A DNA stretch of 64,000 nucleotides from Oopsacas minuta (lineage: Eukaryota > Animalia > Porifera): assembly GCA_024704765.1 (NCBI GenBank), contig JAKMXF010000222.1, forward strand, positions 806,001-870,000, in the 5' to 3' direction. The stretch's first letter is position 1, and each line of letters begins with the position of its first letter. Shown in pieces: positions 12,746-25,549 of this stretch. The notes beneath the pieces were generated by a model. It did no database searches. It was not told where the DNA came from and saw nothing but the letters and a program-made list of their open reading frames with translations. Both the position numbers and the translations under genes were made by a program.

Positions 12746-13462
12746 ATTGACTAATTTCAACTTTTGTGAGACAAAATCAGCTCTCCATATTTAGTACAAC
12801 GCGGCAGCTCCGGAGATGCCCTATTGGCATGGACGATGTGCAAAGTCCGTATGTCAGTCCCTACTTACGCGCTGGCGTGCAAATCTCTACTCCAATTTAC
12901 ATGAAAATTTGTATACATATACATTTTGGCTCTGAGTCGTGTACCTCGGCTATGAAATCTTTCTAAATTGAAATATCACACATTTTTTGTAATTCATCAT
13001 ACTTTCAAACCTTTCTATAAATGTACAAAACTTACTATAGACTATCTTTCAACGAGATTTTGAGAGGCTGAAATTTCAAATACACAAATTCTCCCATGAT
13101 TAATATATTTTCATTGTCATACTCGATTACCCCTAGTTTGTTTCAAATTATTATCTATAGATCATATGATTGATCTTCTTTTCACCCCTTTTTCCAAAAA
13201 GGTGACAATGACACAAAATTTATATTTAGGAATTCCCATAGCGGGTAAAATACATTTAAATATGGCGAATTTGGACTTTTTCAGGTAGAGTGGATCACAA
13301 ATAGTATGAAGGAAGCTATTTCGAATATTACAACCAGAAGAATCTCCATAATTGGTTTATATATCGAGTAAACATAGAGTGGAAAATCTAAAATTGAGAC
13401 ACCCAGTAGCTATATCAAAACATCTAAGATATATTTCATTAAAATGAACGACAATAGTAGTA

Positions 13463-14801
13463 CTACGGGCGTTCAATAAGTAGTCGTTATCACATTGTAA
13501 TTCTAAATTTTTCTAGCACAATTGTGTAATCAGTGATGGAGTTTCTCAATGTATTCCCCTTCGTGCTGTAAAACCAATTTCAGCCTTTTTATCCAATCGA
13601 AAAATACTTTTCTGTAGTCTTCGGTTGGTACACCTTTCATATACTGGAAAATCGCTGATCCTATCTGAGCTCGACTCTCGAATTTCCTGCCTGATAGATG
13701 TTTCTTTAGCTTTGGAAACAACCAAAAGTCACAGGGAGCTAGATCTGGCGAGTAGGGAGGGTGATCTAGCTCCACAATTTTCATAGCTTCTAACTTTTCT
13801 CTAACCAGCTTTGTCTTGTGCGGTCGGGCGTTATCATGCAATATTCGCAATCCACGAGTTCCAGTCCTTGGCCGTCGATTTTGGTAGAATTTTTCAACCT
13901 CTGTTAGACACTCATTGGTGTAGAAGGAGCCTGTTATTGTTTGGTATTTGGGGACACAAATCTGGCACACTGGACCATTAGAATCAAAAAATATACAGTA
14001 CATAACCTTCGGATCCCGAAAGTCATGTCGAGGGATCATTGGTGGGTCCTGTCCTTTTGCCACCCATACTTTGTTTGCTTCTTTTGATAAAGGCTCAGAA
14101 TAACGTACCCAAGTTTCGTCACCTGTTACTATCTCAAATAACCTTCTGGAGTCAGTTCGATCAAACTCAGAGAGCAATTTAGTAGCGCATTGGACCCTCT
14201 TTGCTTTCTGGGCCTGAGTTAGTAAATGCGGCACCCATCGAGCACATATCTTTCGGAATTTCATATTATCATGTACAATAGCTTGAGCAGTTCCCGTTGA
14301 GATACCAACCGCATCAGCTATCTCCACAAGCGTGATATGAGGGTCTTCTTCAAGTAACGCGGATACCTCAAGGATATTTTTGTCATTGGTGCTGGAAACT
14401 GGTCTCCCTATTCTTGCCCCATCTTCAATGGACACTCTACCTTCACGAAAGCGTCTAGCCCAATCAACAACAGTGGAATATGGAAGTGCTGTATCCTTAT
14501 AAACTTCCTCTAAATCTTTGTGGACATCTGTTGGTGAAACCTTGAGCAGTGTTCTGATCTTCACATATGCTCTCTGCTCAATTTTGAAATCTGTACTTTT
14601 TGAAGCCATTAAAAATGTTACTATAATAAACTGTCAAAATGTAAATAAGTACAATATTTCAACGAGACATCAGAATCAAAAAAGCTCTGCATTATTGAAT
14701 TCACAATAGATGGATTGTTATTAGAAAATTCAGTTTGATCTAGGTCGAAATATTCCAACTTACAAAATTTGGAATAACGACTACTTATTGAACGCCCGTA
14801 G
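13463..14801 (-). mobile_element. Full-length mariner (DD34D) transposon
   Basis: Perfect 28-bp TIRs CTACGGGCGTTCAATAAGTAGTCGTTAT flanked by TA on both sides. An alternative boundary 13466-14798 with 25-bp TIRs is also TA-flanked. Contains one intact ORF. Confidence 0.97.
13530..14609 (-). CDS. Intact mariner transposase, 359 aa
   Basis: HTH N-terminus, WVPHLLT, IVTGDETW, HDNARPH and YSPDLAPCD; exactly 34 residues between the second and third Asp. No stops. Confidence 0.96.
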   Translation of the reverse strand: MASKSTDFKIEQRAYVKIRTLLKVSPTDVHKDLEEVYKDTALPYSTVVDWARRFREGRVSIEDGARIGRPVSSTNDKNILEVSALLEEDPHITLVEIADAVGISTGTAQAIVHDNMKFRKICARWVPHLLTQAQKAKRVQCATKLLSEFDRTDSRRLFEIVTGDETWVRYSEPLSKEANKVWVAKGQDPPMIPRHDFRDPKVMYCIFFDSNGPVCQICVPKYQTITGSFYTNECLTEVEKFYQNRRPRTGTRGLRILHDNARPHKTKLVREKLEAMKIVELDHPPYSPDLAPCDFWLFPKLKKHLSGRKFESRAQIGSAIFQYMKGVPTEDYRKVFFDWIKRLKLVLQHEGEYIEKLHH

Positions 14802-15270
14802 TAAATCGAATGTCATAAGTTGAGTGTTTTTCCAACTTCTGACAGTCTTGCAAATGCTTCCTGAGCACCCCATTTTGAGATGCTTTACTGTACTAAGTTT
14901 ATATTACATAGTACGTAATTAATTTCAAATCTATAATGTGCTAGGTTACATGTAATCTTTCCCATGACCAGACCGCATGAAATATCTTTGCTACAACCTT
15001 CCATATTATTATTTAACGAGCGTGTTGGCTTGCTTCTTAACTGTCGATGTTATACTTAGCAATTCGTTCTTCGTATTTACTTCAAATATGTCATTCTTTG
15101 ATGCCTTGTAGAAGGTTAAATTTTGCATCTTTCATTTCAAAGTGACCATGTGGAACTACATACAGAAATTTTCATACAAAATATCAATAATTTGTAAATA
15201 CGAAAAGTTGGCTAGATCTTGAGTTATAGTAGATACAATGAATCACATATCTTTCTGAATACTTAATTAT

Positions 15271-15430
15271 AACTCGATAATCGTTAAAATGCTACCAAAT
15301 CAAGATAGTCAATTTATAGTAATACTCGACTTCCAATGTTCTTGATAATACATTTTGAAATGTAATTCATACCAATGTGACGTAATCTTGAATATACCCT
15401 TATATGGTCATTTCTAATATTTCGGAATAA
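15271..15430 (+). repeat. Dispersed repeat family, copy 1 of at least 3
   Basis: TAACTCGATAATCGTTA shared with ~46155. TGATAATACA(T/A)TTTGA shared with ~27331 and ~46229, followed by similar ACGTAATCTTGAA-type segments. Confidence 0.55.
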
Positions 15431-15699
15431 TGATCTATGCATTTAATTGCAATCAACAAAATCTTCGCTTGTCGGTTAGCGAGGTTTTCTGTACCCTATA
15501 AATATTACTTTTTTATGACTGACCTTGGTACGATTCGAAGGAATTTCGTAATTGGGTATTATAAGGGGGATTTTGCAAAATGGTATTGAACCACTTTCAG
15601 GCTACAAAGGGCCTTGTTCATAAAAATTCTAAGAATCTTTCTTAGAATTAATTAATTCTTAGAAAACATTTTAGTTTTTATCACTGTATTATCTAGACA

Positions 15700-15995
15700 T
15701 AGCGGCCACTTCAGAACAGTCACCTCCGATTTACCATTATAATGACCTCTGTATAGCGGCCACTTCTGTTATCTAACGGTCACATCCCATAAAGTCCACC
15801 TACTAAGTCCCTAGGATTGCCACAATTAACTATTTCCAATGTATTACCTTCACCTGTCATAATTTCCACCTCCTCATGACGGCCATGTAATTTAAATCAC
15901 ACTACATCTTTCTATAATGTCTATAACGGTCACTTTCTCTATAGCGGCCACTTTTAGCCAGTCCCTTTGGTGGTAGTTACAGACCAGTTTGACTG
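15700..15995. mobile_element. pogo/Tigger-like MITE remnant
   Basis: Right end GTTTGACTG|TA (TIR type CAGTCAAAC) with repeated TAGCGGCCACTT/AACGGTCAC motifs. Left end not found. Confidence 0.5.
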
Positions 15996-16554
15996 TATAT
16001 ATGTTGGTAAGTCTAGAATTGATTGAAGAAACTTGAAGACCCCCAGGGCTGATTTTTGGCATACAGGGGTATTATTGGCCTGGCTCGAACAAGTTACAGT
16101 CTTGGACGAAATTATGACGTCATTGTCACTCTTTTGAAATTTGGAAATTCCATTAGGCACTGCTCAGCCAATATACATGATGTAAGTTTGAAATTTGCAT
16201 CACAACTACCCCTAAATGTGACAGATGTCCTGCTATCATAATTCAGACCAAAAGCTAACTCATCATGCGCTTAATATGTCATCATGACTCTACACAAAAA
16301 TCCAAATTTTCAAAATTTCTTAATGCCCAAGGAACGAAGTGTTGAGATTATTAAACAAAAGCGACATAGCTTCTCCAGTGTCCCCACGCAGAGGGCTATT
16401 GAATGTAATTTGGATGGACCATGGATGATATAATCTTAAATTTTATGTCCTCACGTAGCGACTAAAATCCCAAAGAAATTTATCTGTTTAGTACTTAATC
16501 TAACCTGATGCACTAAAGCTGTCGCGGAGCGACCTGGCAAGAGAAGAGCGCTAG
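15996..16554 (+). mobile_element. Non-autonomous Helitron-like element, copy B (5' end missing)
   Basis: Homologous to 1674-2310 (-). 3' end GCTGTCGCGGAGCGAC hairpin...CTAG|T at 16551-16555. Confidence 0.6.
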
Positions 16555-19449
16555 TACAGATTAATTGCGATTTAATAATATACATGTAAATAAAATAGGG
16601 TATACTAATTAACAATTTCACTTTGCATTTTATCATAAATACTTGGCCCAATTTTGAGAATGGAATGTTTCTACATTCCTGAGTCATTAGTTTGTTGCTA
16701 GTGAAATAAATTCATATTCGAATGACCATTCAAACGACCTGAATGATTTCATCGATTTTGAATATCGGCACAAAAATTTGGTTTCGATTTAAACAGGATA
16801 AATGATGTGCCTCAAACAACTTCAAAATGTGTCAAAAATTGCACATAAAACAGAATGTGTATCACACACCTGAACTTCGATGGAGTGGCTCTCCTTCTAA
16901 ATGTCCAAGCATACCCTAGTGTACCTTTATACTAATTTTGGTGCACTTCCCTGACTTGTCTCAGGTCCAGCGCTACCTTTCCTGACTACTAAATGGTTCA
17001 ATAATTATGATACTTATACAATGTCTAGGTGATTTTTTAATGACCCTATGTACATCGAACCTGCATTAACTGACACTCGCTGGCACATGAAAATATTGTC
17101 GGTTCAGCAAATTGTCGGACTATTCGGGTGATTTTGTATTTGTCGAAAGCTATTTAAGTGTGAAATTGAGAATACAAATAAGGTCTCTTGCATAAAGTTA
17201 AGTTAGAGTTTCTTATACAAACAACTTAAAAAAATATATAATTGTGTAAAGAAGGATAACATGATAGTACTAACTTCTAACTATAATCCCTTCCATTCAA
17301 TTTTCTGCGTTCCGGGGAGCTGAATCCATATCAAAAAGAAGTGGAGGGGCAGCCTCTAATTTGGCTAATTCTACGCCTATGTTTACTGATATCGCTTATG
17401 CTGGTTCCACTGTAAAACTGAAGATATTAGTTGTCTGATCACAAATCACCTTGTGTCACTGGTAAAATCATTGGCAAAGATCCCAGGTAGCTGGATATAA
17501 CTACACCCCGACATTAGGATTGAGAACCGAGAAAGGTCTTAATGCGTTATTCCCACGCCAAATTACCTACTATCATTCCTCATACTTTCTTTATGGAGTT
17601 CTGCTCATGGGCCATGGCTACAATTGTAATTTTGGGCACAAATGAAAAATATTGAATACAATTAACTGAAGGAATTCGAAACAAACATCTATTTTATTAA
17701 TAATAGATAATTTTCACTGAAAAAATATTTGTCGAAATATATCAACAAGGGAATAATTAGCAATGCTTCATCTATTGATTTGAGAATTTATAATATATCA
17801 CTGTACAGATTTTGTATATCATCACTTGTCAAGAATATCATCACCTTGTTTCTTCTTATCTGTAAAAAAAAAATTTTACACGAATTCTTTTCGGTTCAGT
17901 AATGCACTAAATATTCATTAAATTTACGTTTTATTAACCTCTGAAAATTATAATATATATTTCATTCTTTTATCATGGAGTGGGACACTTTTGTACAGAG
18001 ATATTTGTGTACAATATATGTACGACACTTGTCTACAAATTTGATACGACGTTTGCCTAATGAGACCTATCTATACACTTACATTATGATTCGTGTAAAT
18101 CCAGTTATCTTGATTATTTTATAAATCAAATATGCAATTTAGTGGACTGATCAAACAAACAACAATATACCACAATTGTTGAGTTCAGTAGAAAGCTAAA
18201 CTGATATTGATCTATATTTATAAATTTAGTAACTAGATATCGTTCATCGCGCAATAATCTATATTGCAGGTAGAAGCAAATTAGGTTCACCCGAAGATTT
18301 ATTTATCGAGCAATGCTCTGGACTTAAGTCATAACTGGCATAATAGAGTATTCAGTGCTGGATTAACAAAAAATAAGACCTAGCCCAAATAATTTCCTGG
18401 GTCTCCTTTCATTTCATTGTCAGAAGCGAAACTTAGTGATTATGAATCAAGCGAATTGCTAATCTCATCCAAATGAACTCCACTATCCGTAGATTCACCA
18501 GTGACGGCAGGAAATTTCAGTGTTCCTGGTACCCGGTTTGCTGAGTTTACACTGTATTAAATTATAATCCAAGGAACTATTTTATTAGAAACCTATATTC
18601 GATTGGATAAAATGGCGATTCGAGCATCAAAGTTAATCTCTTTCCCGACAGAAGTATTTCGTGACCATCGATATATAAGGTACTATGCACTGGATGAACC
18701 AACCATGGATTACTTGGTGCTAACCTTTTAATGTTCCATAATTGTGTTACAGTGGATGCCCCACAGCAATTTGTCTAATAGAAAAATCCGGAACTTTCTT
18801 CATGGACATAGAAAGTAGTTGTGGTTGCTAAATAATGTAAATAATAACAAAATTCGCCTATTACTACTGAGAATTCTTACAAAACATTATCTGTTAATAG
18901 ACGGTTTCCTGTGTATTCAATTTGAATATTATTACTATCAAATTTACATCCACTTCAATGGTACTTTGCTATTCCTTCTAATATATTAATACATCTCCTT
19001 GAATTACATTAATTCCTTACTCTCTTACCACTATTTCACGTTCCTAGTTTTATGATTGTAATGAATCAAGACAATATTTTTAGCTTGATGTTTTACACAA
19101 TTCTTGTAAAATCCGAAACTTTTCAATATTCGTATCAACCAAGGTTGAAATCGCTCCAACCAAATACCTAATATCGGTTAACCGAATAACTTGGTAAACT
19201 GAAAAATTTGATAAATACTGTATATATATATTCATATTGTTGGCTATGTCAAAAGATGCCGCAATCAACTAATTATGTCTAGAGATTTGAACAATAAAGT
19301 CTCTCCACTTAGCCCCTTTAGCTGATATAGTTGATGTAATCATCCCTCAGGCTGCCAACATCCTCAGACAGGTCAGTGATGCCACCAAGTTTCTACTGGT
19401 TTGATTCAAGGGAAACGCCCATGAGGGAGATAAAATGAGCGCTTCTGCA

Positions 19450-19950
19450 TTAAACAGTAGCATACTTGGCAATTATCTCGTTTATGGCGGGACATTTGTT
19501 GAGGCCAATGTCCCGCCCAAACTTGCCAAAAACCTTAATTATCCCACTTTTTTGTAGTCCATTCTGTTGCAAATACACTGTCTCCAGTTATGTCTCGTTA
19601 AATTAGTACCTTCAGTCTCAGGTTGGCAAGCATGCAGTAGATGGCCTATATAAGAACATCATGGGCTATTCCTGATGATGTTCTCATAACCGGCACCCAC
19701 TGGACCAGTAAGAGTTCCCTTAGGTGTTCAGTTCATTGGGAACCTTTACCTTTTGGACCTTGTTCGTGAGGGCCTCTTCAACCTCTTTCCAGAGTGCCGA
19801 TGACATCTATATGCCATCAGAAATACAGGGGTTAATACAGTGCGCTGACGATTGACAGAAGATCAGGTTTATCTCACCCATCCTGGAACTTCTTTTCAGC
19901 AATCAGATGCCAAACCAACGCCCTTCTGCAGGTCTACCTTAAGGCAGCGA
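19450..19950 (-). pseudogene. Possible retroelement RNase H remnant
   Basis: Minus strand gives SALWKEVEEAL and LLVQWVP/(G)YENIIRN, resembling the QWVPGH..I.GNE motif. Heavily frameshifted, weak. Confidence 0.35.
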
Positions 19951-20999
19951 TAGAGATCCAGTAGAGTCTTGAAGAATGCCTGTGCATGACGTTATTTGGT
20001 ATTAACGAGACTTTACTGTTAATGCAAACAGAATAATCATTTAGGAATGAAATATCTCATATCACTGTCTGTGATTTAGGGATAAAAAGTTTATAATCAA
20101 GGCCTAACAAATGGAGGTAGCATCTTATTCATATTGAATAGTTGTCATTGGTTATTCTAGAATAGATAATCTGGTAAGTGATGTGTTCACAAGGTTGAGA
20201 GCTTTAGCCTCTCCTCCACGGCGTCTCTAAAGACCAATCATGTTTAGAATAATATGGCCCACCATGGAAATCTGGTGTTCAAAACTTGTATTTTGTTAAT
20301 GGAAAGAGTTTCAGAATCAATTTTTGCAATTTCGTTTTTACATAGCATTAGTAATGCAAATAGTGTTACCTTACTCCATGGATAATAATCGAAATGATAA
20401 GTTGTTTTTGCCCCTTATTCTATCTTACTTTAGGAAATTTATAAGTCAACAACCCTAGTAACTGTTGATAAACTTCAATCAGCCATTGGTTCAAAATTAC
20501 TGACTTTCCTTCAGTCCATAATACTTTCTCGACATCAAAACTTGATAGACCCAGGAGATCCAGAGATAAAATGCATTTATGATTGGAGTAAAAGTGAAAT
20601 TTGGTATCCACATTTGTCTTTATTAGTCTGGAAATCGATTTCAAACATATTCTCATTGAATTCTAAATTAAGAATATGTTTTCATAACCGATTTACATGG
20701 GGCCATATTGTCCAAATATGTTTGACGTTCAGGGACCCCATGCCTAAGGTTGTTAGTCCTGAATATTGAAAAATGCGTATTATAACAATAGCTACACTCA
20801 TATACGGATATACAAGTTCAAACCAAATAAATATATTCAATCTGTAATAAATATAAATATTTAGAGTATTAGTGATATTTATGTTTATTTATTAACAATT
20901 TCTTGTCATTTGCTATATCGACTAGAGTTTTCCTAGTCCAAAATCCATAAGGTACTGTTAGACCTTCTGTATATTAGGCTATGAACTTGCAAATTACTA

Positions 21000-22860
21000 T
21001 CAACTTCTCCAAGTTTCAGGAAAAATCTGAGAGGTCAATTTTAACGCAAAGTTTGATAGTGGATCCGCATCAAGTCTAATATTAGAAGAGGTAGTTAACA
21101 CAATTCTACAATTTAGCTATCAGCCAGCAAACAATCCCTGATTACTACAGGCGGAGATGTAATGGCCACAATTGGTGAGGCGGAGTTAGAAATTAGTATC
21201 AGAGATTTTCAAACACTATACAAGTTCAATTATAGCTTCTGTAGCGTATGAAAATCTCTATCTGGCTACTATAGACGTAATATTCAAGAGTTTGCAGTTG
21301 TTGGAGGGCACTCAATAATGTATTGGCGAAGGATATAAAATTTTCTAATAATATAGTGCTGAAGAATCATTTCTCGAGTTGAAAAGATGCAAACATCACC
21401 CCGGAGTAATGTGTCCTGACCTTCAAAAGGATTTTACACTTTGCTGGGGAGTAACTACAGATCTCAGAGCGAGGAGGCAAGGATAGATATTTGCCACAAT
21501 ATAATAGCGATTACTATAGGGAGAGGAGATAACCCCCTCCTGTCTCAATGCTAGTTACGCCCTAGTTTTGTACTGACTCAAGTGGTTTTGGATTGGGAGG
21601 TGTTCTTGAACAAGATACTAATGCTGTTTCATATTGCAGTAGATCATTGAGGAACTCAGAGTGGAACTATAACATTATTGAATTGGAATGTCTAGCTATT
21701 GCTGAAGCTCTAAATCGTTCTTGGCAATTTTTGTTGGGAAGGAAATTCGAGATACTTAGGTATCATAAGCCGTTAGAATGGCTATCTCAACAGAAAAGCA
21801 TTGGTTGGTTATGGAAATCGGAGGTAATCATGCAAGACTATGATTTCACTATCAAAATGCTACACGAATGGACATGACAATAGAAATGCTGATGTCCTAT
21901 CGCGGGAGAAAGATTGTAGTCAGGAAGTATAAAACACTGCTGAAGCATGGAATAGAGATGGAATTGTGGATAAAGAGGAAGATGATAGTTAACCGAACAA
22001 TCAGTATGAGCATTGTGCAATCACTAGGATTATGAAACTTCATATTGAACTAATCAATTTTTTGCATCAGAAGCAAGATAAACCATAGGAAAAGTAATGC
22101 CAAAATTGCAACATTTTCCTGCCATAAAACGTTTCAGCCGATCAGAATGGAAATAATTCAATTTGAAAAGTACATACAGTTACAGGATCAACTGAGATTC
22201 AAAGAAGGAACACTGTTTCGCAATTACAAAGTTTACCACTTGCTGACAGTAGTTTGGTGGTGGTCATTCCAGATTCCTTGATCAAGCTCATGACTATGCT
22301 GCTCATCAGGGCATAGAGAGGACACTAAGTCGATTGAATTATCTGGCGCATAAGGGAAGCTTGATAGTATGTAAATGTTTAAAAATACGTTGCATCTTCA
22401 AAATTTGTCAGAAAGCTAAACTTTTTCATCCTGTTAAAGCTCCACTTCAAAATTAACCGATCTGAATAACCATGCAAATATTACAAGTTGATGTTCTGCA
22501 GCTACCCATGAGTATTAATGGAACTCGTTGCCTATTTGTTGGTGAAGATGCATTTTCTAAGTGGATCGAATGTTAACCTATGAAGGATCAAACGTCTGGA
22601 ACCATTATTCAATGTTACTAGAGATCTCTCAAGGCTAGGGTTCCTGAATTCTTGCATTCTGTTAAATGAAGTAATTCTGATGCAAAGTTGTTACAAGATA
22701 GGTTTATACTTAAGAATATAAAACACACAACTGCATCACCCTGAGGGAAATTCGTTGGTAATCCGGGGAAAAGACCATGAATCGGAACATACCTTCAATT
22801 GGTATTGTTTGCCTACCGGACAACTATCATAGTTCTACAGGGATCAAACTTATTGAATGT
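21000..22860 (+). mobile_element. Gypsy/Ty3 LTR retrotransposon pol remnant (RT largely deleted)
   Basis: FLELKR..CPDLQKDFTLC, then TDSSGFGLGGVLEQ..VSYCSRSL..YNIIELECLAIAEAL..LLGRKF (RNase H). Integrase HDYAAHQGIERTL..CQKAK and QILQVDVLQLP..EDAFSKWIE. No LTRs found. Confidence 0.85.
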
Positions 22861-22879
22861 ATTTTTCAGTATGACTCCT

Positions 22880-24050
22880 GTTTCCTTACTTTATCTTGCA
22901 AAGGATACCAGTGGCTCCATAAATGAGTGCATCTGAATTATTATTGTTTATAAGCATGAGGTATTTAGCTGATACCACTAGATTCAGCTCAAAAGGCAGT
23001 CCCTGGGTGTCGGAGACTTACAGCTGTTCTATTGCCTCCCTCAACTTCTCAATTATCTCACCACCAGTATCACCTGCTAAAAAATCAATACCTGTGAACT
23101 TACAACCTTCTAATATAGTAAGTAAGGACCAACCAATGCATAATAATTTTGGGTCAAATTTAGTATATGAAACACATAACTATCTTTCACTGGCCGTAAC
23201 TGATGAAGTCACCAAAACAAATGATTGAAATACCCTAAAATCAAGAGATATGTCAAATATTGACCTCAATCGATTATAAATTTAGATAATACATTGTAAT
23301 GTCATGCTAAAGATTTTGTGCGCTGTTTTGCCAGTAGGAGCTGTTAATAGCACCTTAATAGTATCTGGGTTAATAAAGGGTAATGAGTTAAAATTCCTAG
23401 TTAAACCTTCATAACAAGTCTGATTAGCGTGATCTTACAAACTTCAGGACCTCCTCCAAAGTACTGATGCATCGGAAGTTGTTGGTTTTGAAGAAGTTTA
23501 AGGTCTGGGTGAATATTTACGTTGAATCGAGTTCAACTTGCGACACATTGAACCGAACTTATCATCACCCATGCCATTAGGAACGTTGAAGAATCTCCAT
23601 AAAGGATAATCAGAGGTGGGGTCCACATTCCAAGTTTGATCTCCTATATTGTTTACCAAGTAGTCCGCATCTTCCACTACATCTACACTTTCATAGTGCA
23701 CTATCTCCTCTACAGCCATTCCATCAAAGTTTAACTGAATCTATGTTTTTAAGACATCCATAGCCTTGTCTATAGAAGTCTGCTCCTGTATTTCCAAGGC
23801 AAAATCTATGGATAATTTTAATTATCTAGAATCTCTTTCATGATCTTTACGACTTTGGCATTTGAGTTTCAGTTGCTGATAATGTAAGAATGAAATTGCG
23901 AAACCCTAACTGTCTTCCCATAGACATTAACTCTTTTTGTTTCTGAAGCTAGAATGCTGCAGAAGATCGAATAGACTTTCATCATTTAGGCTAGCCAAAG
24001 TCTGACAATCTTAGTAGGTTGCTTTTCTCAAACAGATATTCCTACCATTA
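22880..24050 (-). mobile_element. Helitron RepHel remnant (Rep-side motif plus PIF1-type helicase), internally deleted
   Basis: ELMSMGRQLGFRNFILTLSATE (~23870-23940), degenerate Walker A GGPEVCKIT (~23430), VLLTAPTGKTAHKI (~23320), GISIICFGDF-QLRPVKDSYVF (~23170-23240), DTQGLPFELNL..KYLMLIN (~22950-23010). Many stops. Confidence 0.8.
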
Positions 24051-25549
24051 GGTAAGTTCAAATTCTACCCTTTTCTATTTAATTAAGAGTAAGGGTATGA
24101 TTATACTACAACTTCTATCGAATTTGAACGAGTATGCAAGTTATTTATTGTCAATTTTTTAATTTGTATGCAAAGTACATTATGTACATAGCTAACCACA
24201 ATATATCAGATTTGATTTCTTGACGAATTCCAAATCTGATATATTGAGGTTAGTTACTATTCTTCGGTCAACTTCATAAAAGGGTCTATGGATGAAAACA
24301 TCTACAGCAACTACAAACGTGTGTTGGGCCTAAGATATATTTGATAAAAGTATTGAGAATAAAGGAATCAATTATATATCTCTCCAGCTATTTTTCGTTA
24401 AGTTCAGCACCCTTTCAGGATCTTTCATCCGGCCAGCCTAGTTCTGCGTTACTTTTCGTTAATCTCAGCACTCTTTGCTGGATTTTGCATTATGTCAGCT
24501 TTTCCTTGGCGTTACATTTCATTATGCTCATGCACAATTTTCACGATCTTTCATCCTATCAGCTATAGAAATTCGCTGCGCTTATTGTACTCTGCTAAAC
24601 ACACATTAAGATCAGTCCCCCTTTCATCATAGCGCATCGACTTCTATAATTCTTGCCATCATATCCCTTTCTCTTCCAGGGCTCACGATACGATTAGGAA
24701 TAGTCTCCTCAGGTGTTATTTAACTATCAGTAGAATAGTAACTACTTGATAAGTTAAGATAGCCAGATCATAGCATTCTATACACTATGAAACTCGGATA
24801 CGGCATACCCCTTCTGGAACCAAAAATTAGTGTGTATTAGCCGATTAAAATGAATGGAATGTATAGTGGTTTAAAAGAGATACAGTAGACACTGGCTAAT
24901 CCGAACAGCCTTGTACTAAAGATCAGATGATATCAAGTTATCTACTGTTCTATTTGTGAAAAATACAATAATACAATTTGTCAAATGGGAAATCATCACC
25001 TCGATAATTCGAACCTTCACTACTAGAAATTAGGAATCGAGTGCTGCACTCCACTCAAAGAGTAGAGCACTCGATTCCTAGTTGCTACAAAGATGATTTC
25101 AGGTGAATAACATAACAATGAGTAATCTTTGACTGATGTTATATAAATTTCGCTCCAAATTTTCTGGGATTCTTTATCGGATTAACGAGGGTTCGAACCA
25201 GGGGCATAAGCAGCACTAGAAGTTTTGTGGCGTCATTTTGATTCATGGGTATTCAATACAATTTTACCCATATCAGTCAAACCAACGTTTTATCTTTTAA
25301 GTTTGTATAATTAAACATCATGTAAATATAGATTATTATTCATTAGGGTAATTATTGGTCACTTGAATGTCCATAATCCAGGGATTCTCACCCTTTTATG
25401 AACTACCTAAATCCAGAGGTAAATGAAAGAGTCTAGGTATCCCTATTCCAATTTTGAGAGATCCTGCTAAAATACATCATATGGATAATGTAATTTGTAA
25501 TATGATGAACTACATAGTGACGTTTGTTAGAAAGTAAAATTAAAGCTCA

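Noticed and set aside
25180-25215. GGGTTCGAACC as a tRNA/SINE B-box
   Set aside because: No A-box or cloverleaf. It lies near the end of the Buster remnant, where such motifs are common.
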